Assembly: GCF_021869535.1 (NCBI RefSeq)
Contig: NW_026262581.1
Location: forward strand, 86,800,001 to 86,864,000
Direction of reading: 5' to 3'
Source: Mytilus californianus
Taxonomy: Eukaryota
Length of the DNA stretch: 64,000 bases
Position 1 is the first letter of the stretch; the number at the start of each line of letters is the position of its first letter. The notes under the pieces were generated by a model. The model had not been told where the DNA came from and searched no databases. It saw only the letters and a program-made list of their open reading frames with translations. Positions 23,078 through 35,000 of the stretch are shown in pieces. Both the position numbers and the translations under genes were made by a program.

Positions 23078-26000
23078 GTAAGTTATCAGTTCTTGGACAA
23101 GTACTTGTTACAAATGGATAAGTTTTGTGATACATCTAATTTCTAAACCTCAATCTCAGTTCTCCCTTATATATAATGACAGCCCCTTTCTTTAGGTATA
23201 ACATACCCTAAGGTGAGGAACAATCCCTTTAATGAATAAAAATATTGAAAACAAATATAATTATGTCTATGACTTTTTGCGGTAAAGAACATTCTTAAAA
23301 TATTTGACACTGGAAATTAAGCAAATAACAATCCATCGATCATTTCTCAAAATTGATATATTTTTTTTTTCAAAAGGCAACAGGGGTTTGAGGACATTAC
23401 GACCCTGACCCACCCTCCTTATTTAAATACCCCAAATGTGTATTTTTTCAATATGTTATTTGTACCATATGTATACCATTATGCTATAATATATGATATT
23501 ATACATGTTATATATTTATTCACTAATTATATAATTTTTTTCTTAGCATGCATGTGCAACTCTACTATAGATAGATACATGTATATCAATTCTTTACCTA
23601 AATATTTTTTAAAGGGATTTTTTTCAACAAAAAGACAGGCTCTCTGAAAATAAAAAAATTCACCCCTGTACCCCAAAAAAGGTTTTGGGCATTATCATCT
23701 ATGTACATATTTGGAGTATTTAATTACTAATTGACAGGTTAATTAATTATCTCCCTTGTCTCAATATCCCAGATCAAATTATATCACAATAAATAGGCTT
23801 CAGACCACAATTAATTCCCCTTGTTCGTGGTCTAGGAATAGAGTTCCAAAGTATTATATGGGGTATTTCTTCAAGAGTTTTCTTGCTACAATTTCCTTTG
23901 AAAAGTTGTCTATTTGAGTGGTCCTATAAGATGCATATATATTGAAATAAATAAAACATGTGGGAAAAATTTATTGTTGAAAGTGAAAGTAGTGATTTGG
24001 CCAAAGTAAAAGTATTCAAATCCTACCATTGACATGCTTTCAGGGCTCTCAAAAGAGAAAGCAGAGATAGATTGTGCTGGGACAAGCATATTTTATTAGA
24101 ATGATAATGGTCTATAAGCAGTAACATTTATTTCATGTTTGAACCCTTTTTAATTTTTTAATCTTATTTGACTTTTACAAAAACAATGCTTTGTTAACCA
24201 ATGGTAAAAATAATTATGGTCTGAGGCCTAGCATGTGACAAGGCATTATCTCCCTTGTAAACTTGTATAAACTCCATCTTCATTTACACCTAGAATAATC
24301 AACCATGGCAAAACGAGATAACTGTTTGCGTGGTAATAAACATCTAATAATTAATCAATCGTCTATCATGATGAATTCTAATTGGTTGTAAATAAAATTT
24401 TGCAGATGATAAAGTGTTGAAGCAACTGAAGGACAAATGTTGCTGTTATATTGATGTTTGTAAAAAATCACCAAGTGAAGAGAGTTTGGTAGAGCTTCTG
24501 AAACAATATGCTCAGGTAAAACTAGAATTAGAGAAAACTATAACATATTTGACATATTTATGTAGGTAGTTGATATAGAGATCATTATAGCTATACTTAA
24601 ATATTGTTATGTACATATATATTTGATAGATACAGTTTCTAGACATAATTGTTCTGTGTTTTTACTAGATAGTAACTTTCAAGCATGTGTGTACAGCTAT
24701 TTATGAACACAAGAGTACAATGACATTATCTTTTGTGTAGGGATGGCTAGTTGTTGTACAAAGTTTTTAAATTTGACCTTTAAAACCTTCTCTGTTTGCA
24801 TTCAAAATAGCTGAAATTGTTTTAAACAAATATCTGGACATTCTAAGGATTGCAATGCAAGTCCTAAAGAATAATATTTTTTTCAGTGTGTACATTTTAG
24901 ATATTAAATTATAGTAAGTGAATTAGATATTAAACTAGAGGATAGTGATGGAAGCCACCACAAAGGGCTATGGTGCATGAAGATAAGTAAATTTTGATTC
25001 AAATTTAAAAGTAATAAGAGTTTTTCCATTAAACATAGCTTATCCCTCATGGAAGGCAGGCATTATATTCAGGCACAACTTGTATTAGTGATATTGAGTG
25101 AACTGAAATGTGGGTGGGAAATACATGTTAAATGATGACCGTATTTATAGTAAAGGGGGTAACATTAAGTGTTTCCATTGATACTAATGATGAAATAATT
25201 AAGTCAAGTGGTAATACAGTAATGTCCAATTGTGTATTGTTTAAATTTATAGGAACAGACCACGACCAAAGAATGTCATGTGAACACTTTAACATCTTCC
25301 TCATTATCAGTAGTTTGATGTCTTGTCTTTGAATATTGTTAAAATGATTAATCATAAGAAATTGCTTATTATGTTATTAGCACAATTTTCCTGGTTTTCT
25401 GTCTAAAGTCTGTATAAAGTGTAAAAAGTAAAACAAACATCAAGGAATATTACTAACAAAACTATGGCTTTTTGATGTTTATAACAATAAACCAATGATA
25501 ATGATATGTTATTTATTACAATAAACCAATGATAATGATATTTTATTTATTACAATAAACCAATGATAATGATATGTTATTTATTACAATAAACCAATGA
25601 TAATGATATGTTATTTATTACAATAAACCATTGATAATGATATGTTATTTATTACAATAAACCAATGATAATGATATGTTATTTATTACAATAAACCATT
25701 GATAATGATATGTTATTTATTACAATAAACCAATGATAATGATATGTTATTTATTACAATAAACCAATGATAATGATCTGTTATTTATTACAATAAACCA
25801 ATTTAATGATCTGTTATTTATAACAATAAACCAATGATAATTAACTGTAATTTAATACAATAAACCAATGACAATGATCTGTTATTTATTACAATAAACC
25901 ATTGACAATGATCTGTTATTTATAACAATAAACCATTGATAATGATCTGTTATTTATTACAATAAACCAATGATAATGAACTGTTATTTATTACAATAAA

Positions 26001-29000
26001 CCAATGACAATGATCTGTTATTTATTACAATAAACCAATGACAATGATCTGTTATTTATAAAAATAAACCATTGATAATTATCTGTTATTTATAACAATA
26101 AACCAATGACAATGATCTGTTATTTATTACAATAAACCAGTGACAACGATCTTATTTATAACAATAAACCATTGATAACGATCTGTTATTTATTACAATA
26201 AACCAAATTGAATGATAATGATGTGTTATTTATAACAATTAACCAATGATAATGATGTGTTATTTATTACAATAAACCATTGATAATAATCTGTTATTTA
26301 TTACAATAAACCAATGATAATGATCTGTTATTTATTACAATAATCCAATGATACTGATCTGTTATTTATTACTATAAACCATTGATAATGATCTGTTATT
26401 TATAACAATAAACCAATGACAATGATGTGTTATTTATAACAATAAACCAACGACAGTGATCTGTTTTTTATTTCAATAAACCAATGATAATGATGTTATT
26501 TTTAACAATAAACCAATGATAATGATATGTTATTTATTACAGATAGTTCTAGATTATACTTACATTGATGAAACCAAACTTGTAGATGAACTATTTCCAC
26601 AAGACACTTGTAAAGAAAGAATACACACAATATTTGGTAATAAGATTTCTTTTAAGGTGCCATTCTTTTATTAGTATACTAGACTTTTTTAGTTAGCAAA
26701 ATGTTAAGCCGTATGTTTTTTTAAACATTTATACTTGTTTATTATGAAGGAAATAAAATGTTTCCCCAGAATAAGTTTGTGTTTACATGGCCATTTAGAT
26801 TTTAGCAAATTGAACTAGCTCATAGAATAATTACAATAGCTATTGTTTTCTGTCAAGTTCATTCAATTGAAACTTTATATTTCTATCTGAAAAACCAATC
26901 ATTTATTGATTAATTTAGCTGTACAAAAATTTAAAAAAGATTAATGATATTCAGCAATCCCAGTACATACCTTTGGGAATTAAAAAAAAATCTAACAGAA
27001 AAAAGAATTTCTTTCAAGACTTAGGCGTATTGTTTCCGTTGTCAATGGCATTGTCACCAATGTTTTAGTTTGTGGTTAGGTCAGTTTAAGGGAAACCACT
27101 AGTGGTAGGTCAATGATATTTGGTATGCAGTTGTATTAGCATTAGCACATCTCAATTCTATCTAATAAATGATGTATGATGCCCTCCTTTGAATAGGATG
27201 TGGTGATTCTTGATTAACATTAGTGCTTTATATATATAAAATTATCCAATGTAGGTTACATAGTATTGACTAGTTCAGGTCGGAATTTCTATATTCTAAA
27301 TAATCTAATATAATTGGTTTTTTTTGGGTTATTTTTTAGTTTGGATAGATACAATAGAAGAACTTGTAAAGAAATGTCTTCCAGAAACATCAGTAAGTGT
27401 TAAAAAACAGATAAGATTTGTAGTTATATTATTACACTTTGCAATTGCAAGCATGCCTGTACCAAGTCAGGAATATGACAGTTGTTTTCCATTCGTTTGA
27501 TGTGTTTGAGCTTTTGATTTTGCCATTTGATAAGGGACTTTCCATTTTGAATTTTCCTTGGACATGTTGGAGTTCAGTATTTTTGTTATTTGACTTTTTA
27601 TTCATAATAAATTAAAATTTGCAACTGTTTTTACCCAAAAGAGACTACCTTATTGATTTTTTATTTGGGTTTAATCCTATTCTCTAAACACTCACACCCT
27701 TCCATTGTGGTCAATTTGTATATAGTGGAGTAAACCAAAGTCAGTAGTAATTAATTACAGACTTTCCATTAACAAAAGACAAATTTCAGCACAAATCTAT
27801 AGGTGAATATAAAAATAAGAAGACATGGTATGATTGCCAATGAGACAACTCTCCACCAGAGACCAAATGACTTATAAGTAACCAACTATAGGCCTTCAAT
27901 AATGAGCAAAACCCATATCGCACAGCAAGCTATAAAAGGCCCCAAAATGACAAATGTAAAACAATTCAAGCGAGAAAACTAACAGCCTGGTGTAAAAGCA
28001 TTGACAGAAGCACATTTTATATAGAGTACAAGAGCGCTTTATACTTAAAATGTTCACAGGATCAACGCTTTCACCCCAATAAAATTATAAAAAGAAGCAT
28101 TCAATTCTTACAATTAAATTATATACTACTATTATGAAATTTATAGTTATATCAAGCCTTCGTTTGTTTTCCTATGCATTGTTGTGACATTGTCATGAAT
28201 GTTGCATTGTTTTTAGCCAATCAAAAGTACTGATTTTTTTTTAAAATGTAATGTATTTATAATGAAGTTAGAGTTTATCTCTTAATTATTGTTTAAGCAT
28301 GATAACTAGTTGTATATATAAAACCCTGAAATTATTTTATTTAGTTTGAAACTTTCTATATATAGATGGTAGACTGTTTAGGACATGAATTAGTGGAATG
28401 TATTAATTGGAGGAAGGGTGCTTTGTTATATATGTTATGCAGTACAATTAAAGGAGATAGTAACAGAGAAGACCAAATAAATTATGAATTTTATATGGTA
28501 AAAATCTATTGTGATGGTATTATTTTTGGAAAATCCAACAGGATAAGTGTTGCATTAATTTAATTTTTTTTTAAAAAACCAATTGTATTACAAGTATGCA
28601 GTTTGTCTTCAAATGGCATTATTAATCTTGCATTTCTGATAAATGCACACAATTATTTTCATCATCAGAATGAATTATATTACTTTCAAATCAATTGTTG
28701 AATAATCGAATATCCTATTATAGATTATTAGAGAAACAAGGAAAACTATTAATCATTTTTGGAAAATTGAGTTTGTTCATTGAAACCACATAAAATTTAT
28801 GAAACTATAGTAGATATTACATTTTTTTTTGCATTTTGACCAATATATGGTCTATATTTTAAAAGTTATTTTTCATAATTGAATACCTTCATATTAAAGT
28901 CATATGAAACGAGTTTCTTGTAATTATAATGTTATCAAAATTATTGAACCAATGCAAGCGTATACTAAACCAGTCAGGATTCTACTTCATCAAAATTATC

Positions 29001-32000
29001 TCCCCATTACGCCACCAATTTTTTATAATCGTAAAAATGGAAGCCATTGTAGTGATGACGCACCGTCAGTTTAGCTCTTGAAACCCAATCAGTTTATCCA
29101 CATAGCATCATTACGATCATTATATGCCAGTTGTATCTTAAAAGACAAATGTATCTACTTTCTATTGAGCATCATTTAATGTACTTTTATGCATATGGTC
29201 AATTTAAAACTATTGTATGATCGGTTGTCAGGGGGAATTTTCGAGTGTTCAAAAATATTTTAAAAAGTTCTAATTAAATATTTCGTGGAAGGGCAGACTA
29301 AAAAAATTCAGAGGTTGAGGACTAATTACCCTAGATAACATACACAAAAATGATTTTTTTTTTTAAGTTATTCATTTTTAAGATCCACTTGTATAGTCTT
29401 GTCAAGTATTTTTTATAGAAATTTATAATTCGAACACACCTACTCTGTTGTTATGACTCATTAGAAAGATATTTCACTTGACCCATATATTTCATTTCTT
29501 AGTACTGTAAGTGTTTAATGTTATTATACCAACATATAAAAATAATAGAATCTGAAGCGAGATGATGTATCAAATATTTTTTTTTTTATGTTTTTAAGAC
29601 ATAGTCAACTTAAACACACCTGAACATAAAAAGGAGTACTCAACTTTCTCTTTTGATGAAATTATTGTCCATTTTTGGGATTTTTTTCTTAAAAAAACTG
29701 TTGCCGGGGGCAGAGATGTAAATTAATGCTTTAAAAAGATCAATCTATTATCTTTCTTTGTAATTTTTTTCGGTGGAATTTATGCTTATGCACAAAAAAG
29801 ATCCACATGTATTTGCACATACCCCAATAGACTGTTTTGTGAAAATGTGTCTATAATTTAAAAGTTTACAAATATCTCAACGCTTTATACCATAATTTAA
29901 GTAAAAACATATATATAAGATGCATAAAGTCCTAAATTATGCACATTCATTAAATTTTTAAAGCCCATAGAAACAGATGTAAACAATTCAAATTTACCAA
30001 CCTGTCCTTTTTTACCTTCTCTAACAAAGAGTTCCATTTCTTTTGTTTTATTTCAACTGGGTTTCCGACTTAAACTAATTCCTGTATGCACGTTTTTATA
30101 CGACCGCAAAAAAATTTTGGGGTCGTATATTGCTATCACGTCTCATGTCTCTTAAAAATTGTACCACATTTTACAAAAAGAAAATGTCTTCAAATGTTAT
30201 TTTTTTTTGAGGGGGAGGGTCAATTTTTTTTCACTCAAAAATTAAAGAAATGGTCAATTTTCCAAAGAAAAATTGGGGTTCACAATTTATTTTGCTAATT
30301 CTTTGTATATTGTCTGTAAACAGATTTACTAAGTATTGCGGAACAGCACAGTGTATTGCACAACAGCAAGAAATCTTCAATTGAATATAAATTCAAATCA
30401 TATAACCAATTTCAAGTTCTTTGACTACATTTATTCTGTGTCAGAAACCTATAATGTGTCAAATATTTAATTACAATCCAAATTCAGACCTGTATCAAGC
30501 TTGAATATTGTGTCCATTTTTGCCCCAATTGTCAGGGTTGGACATCTGTGGTCGTATCCAGCTGTGCTCCGTGAAGCAGTTTATTTACATTTATTATGAA
30601 TCTATAACATATTATCGAAAATAATATTTCATTCAGTGATTGTTGATCACAAGCTAATCAACTTTCAAGTTTGTTGCCAAAGTTTACCAAATCAAGACAT
30701 TGATAAACATTCAAATGTGTTCTAGTGGAGCACGTGAAAAATAAGTGAATCTATAGACTTTCAGCATAACATTTAATATAAATTTAAGACTTGGTTTGAT
30801 TGCCAATGAGACATCTATTCATCAAAGACCAAAGGACAAGGATGTAAACATTGACAGGTCACCATACAGCCTCTATCAATGAGCAAAATTCATGTGTTAT
30901 AGTAAGCTATGAAAGGATCCAGATAACAAAATATGAAACAATTGTAAAGAGAAAACTAACAGCTAAATTTAAGCATGTGGTATTTTTACGACTCCAATCT
31001 TAATTGACTAGGATTGCAAGTTTTCCTGTCAAAGGTCAGTGGTTCTATCCAGGCCCTACAACTTCCTCCACCAATAAAAAGTTGCAGCCATGATACAGCC
31101 AATAGGGCTGAAAGTAGTGTTAAACACCATTCTAATATGAAGTCCTTCTTTTACTTTGGAAACAAAGCCATGTTCTAATTTGAATAAAACATGGGCTGCA
31201 CGTGATTGCAACATCAGTTGTATTAAACAACGCCGGAGATAAAAATGGACAATTGTGTTGGTGTTGTGAAATTAAATAAAATCATTCTAAAAGTAAGTTT
31301 ACATGTATGTTCATTTTCTATCGTGAAACGGTTAATTTTCTACATCATTTTGGCTTCATCAAATCAAAATGGCTGCCTTTCGAACTTGTGTTATAGGTCC
31401 TCTTCAGAGGATAAAAGCTCTTAATTTTCCTATTAGAATCGAAATAATTCTATCATGCCATGCTCTTTGCTACATGGGTAGGCATTATATTTGTCAACAT
31501 TTTACACCTTGCTAATGCTCAGTATAAAGATATTGACAAATATTATGCCTACCCATGTTAAAATGAGCATAGAGCATGGCATGAAAGAATTATTTCTTAA
31601 ACAATCAATCAATCTTCCTTAGAAATGTAACATTATCAGCCTCAATGGAAAGATTCTTTTATTTATATATACATGTATAAATAATTAAAATGAAAAGTTT
31701 AAAATGAATTAAGTGATAATTGTGTTTCAGAATGTAAAGCAGGGTATAGAGTATTTACAGCAGATGTTATCAGGTCGTTTCAATACTTCTGAATGGGAAG
31801 GTGATCAGGATGCTGTTAACTTAGCAAGCATGGGTAAGTTATTCACTCTTTACACAATATCATTTGGGAGCTGTCTGGAAATTATTTTTGGAGTAAATGC
31901 TTCCTAATTATTTAAGACTTTGGAGAGACTTTATGATAAAGGACTGCAATGAATTTGTTGATTTAGTGCCTTTAATTTCCTATTATTTCATTGGATGTTG

Positions 32001-35000
32001 TCTAATGTTCTTTCACTTAACAATAGTTCTTAGTTTAAATCTTTTCATTTGAAAACCCTGTATTTTAATTACCACCTATAAATAGTATGCTTCATTTTGA
32101 CTGATATCCACTATCAGTTTGTTTACATTTTCAACCAACCACCAGAACAAGCTACCACAGAATCATGAGAACATGCAAAGTCCATTTTTAATGTTACCAG
32201 ATATCAGTATAAGTCATTGTCTATTTAAAACCCTGACACCTATTACAAATTGGATACACATTTTTGACCATATTAAGTTTCTGTCCTCAAGCAAACAAAA
32301 ATAATCAAATAATAATAATTAAAGTTAATGAGTAATTCATTATGAAGTCCAAATTATAAAAGCTTAACAAATAGCAAGAATACATTTGACTTTATATGTT
32401 CATTTAAATAAAATGATAATCAACAGCTGTTTCTTTATGGTCACACCTGCAAAAATCAGGTCAGTTAACAGATATGTGCTTATTGAAGCAGATGGCCCGA
32501 CTCTAAAATTTGTCGTAAAAAATTACCTGGTGATAAACTAATTAATTTGCAGGTCAAATAGATACAGTATTTTGTAACAGAAATGGCCAAAATCACAGGG
32601 AATTTAAATCATGTAAAGATGGAAATGGGTCATTTAACTTTAGCCACCCTTACATAAACTGCTGTACTGAGTTATAAAGAGAAACAAGGTATCAGTAATG
32701 CATCATTATTTACAATTTTTTCTATCTTTACAGGTATATACAGTGACACACTAAGTACGATGTATGTTGGTGAAATGTGCTATTGGTTATGTAACAAACC
32801 TTTCTATCTTTACAGGTATATACAGTGACACATACTAAGTATTATGTATGCTGGTGAAATATGCTATTGGTTATGTAACAAACCTTTCTATCTTTACAGG
32901 TATATACTGTGACACACACTAAGAACGATGTATGTTGGTGAAATGTGCTATTGTTTTGTAACAAACCTTTCTATCTTTACAGGTATATACAGTGACACAC
33001 ACTAAGTACGATGTATGCTGGTGAAATGTGCTATTGGTTATGTAACAAACCTTTCTATCTTTACAGGTATATACAGTGACACACACTTACTAAGTATGAT
33101 GTATGCTGGTGAAATGTGTTATTGGTTATGTAACAAACCTTTCTATCTTTACAGGTATATACAGTGACACACACTTACTAAGTATTATGTATGCTGGTGA
33201 AATGTGCTATTGGTTATGTAACAAACCTTTCTATCTTTACAGGTATATACAGTGACACACACTTACTAAGTATGATGTATGCTGGTGAAATGTGCTATTG
33301 GTTATGTAACAAACCTTTCTATCTTTACAGGTATATACAGTGACACACACTTACTAAATATGATGTATGCTGGTGAAATGTGCTATTGGTTATGTAACAA
33401 ACCTTTCTATCTTTACAGGTATATACAGTGACACACACTTACTAAGTATGATGTATGCTGGTGAAATATGCTATTGGTTATGTAACAAACCTTTCTATCT
33501 TTACAGGTATATACAGTGACACACTAAGTACGATGTATGTTGGTGAAATGTGCTATTGGTTATGTAACAAACCTTTTTATCTTTACAGGTATATACAGTG
33601 ACACATACTAAGTATTATGTATGCTGGTGAAATATGCTATTGGTTATGTAACAAACCTTTCTATCTTTACAGGTATATACTGTGACACACACTAAGAACG
33701 ATGTATGTTGGTGAAATGTGCTATTGTTTTGTAACAAACCTTTCTATCTTTACAGGTATATACAGTGACACACACTAAGTACGATGTATGCTGGTGAAAT
33801 GTGCTATTGGTTATGTAACAAACCTTTCTATCTTTACAGGTATATACAGTGACACACACTTACTAAGTATGATGTATGCTGGTGAAATGTGTTATTGGTT
33901 ATGTAACAAACCTTTCTATCTTTACAGGTATATACAGTGACACACACTTACTAAGTATTATGTATGCTGGTGAAATGTGCTATTGGTTATGTAACAAACC
34001 TTTCTATCTTTACAGGTATATACAGTGACACACACTTACTAAGTATGATGTATGCTGGTGAAATGTGCTATTGGTTATGTAACAAACCTTTCTATCTTTA
34101 CAGGTATATACAGTGACACACACTTACTAAATATGATGTATGCTGGTGAAATGTGCTATTGGTTATGTAACAAACCTTTCTATCTTTACAGGTATATACA
34201 GTGACACACACTTACTAAGTATGATGTATGCTGGTGAAATATGCTATTGGTTATGTAACAAACCTTTCTATCTTTACAGGTATATACTGTGACACACACT
34301 AAGTATTATGTATGCTGGTGAAATGTGCTATTGATTTTGTAACAAACCTTTCTATCTTTACAGGTATATACAGTGACACACACTAAGTACGATGTATGTT
34401 GGTGAAATATGCTATTGGTTATGTAACAAACCTTTCTATCTTTACAGGTATATACAGTGACACATACTAAGTACTGTGTATGTTGGTGAAATTGGCTATT
34501 GGGTATGTAACAAACCTTTCTATCTTTACAGGTATATACAGTGACACACACTAAGTATTATGTATGCTGGTGAAATGTGCTATTGGTTATGTAACAAACC
34601 TTTCTATCTTTACAGGTATATACAGTGACACACACTTACTAAGTATGATGTATGCTGGTGAAATGTGCTATTGGTTATGTAACAAACCTTTCTATCTTTA
34701 CAGGTATATACAGTGACACACACTTACTAAGTATGATGTATGCTGGTGAAATGTGTTATTGGTTATGTAACAAACCTTTCTATCTTTACAGGTATATACA
34801 GTGACACACACTTACTAAATATGATGTATGCTGGTGAAATGTGCTATTGGTTATGTAACAAACCTTTCTATCTTTACAGGTATATACAGTGACACACACT
34901 TACTAAGTATGATGTATGCTGGTGAAATATGCTATTGGTTATGTAACAAACCTATCTATCTTTACAGGTATATACAGTGACACACACTTATTAAGTACGA

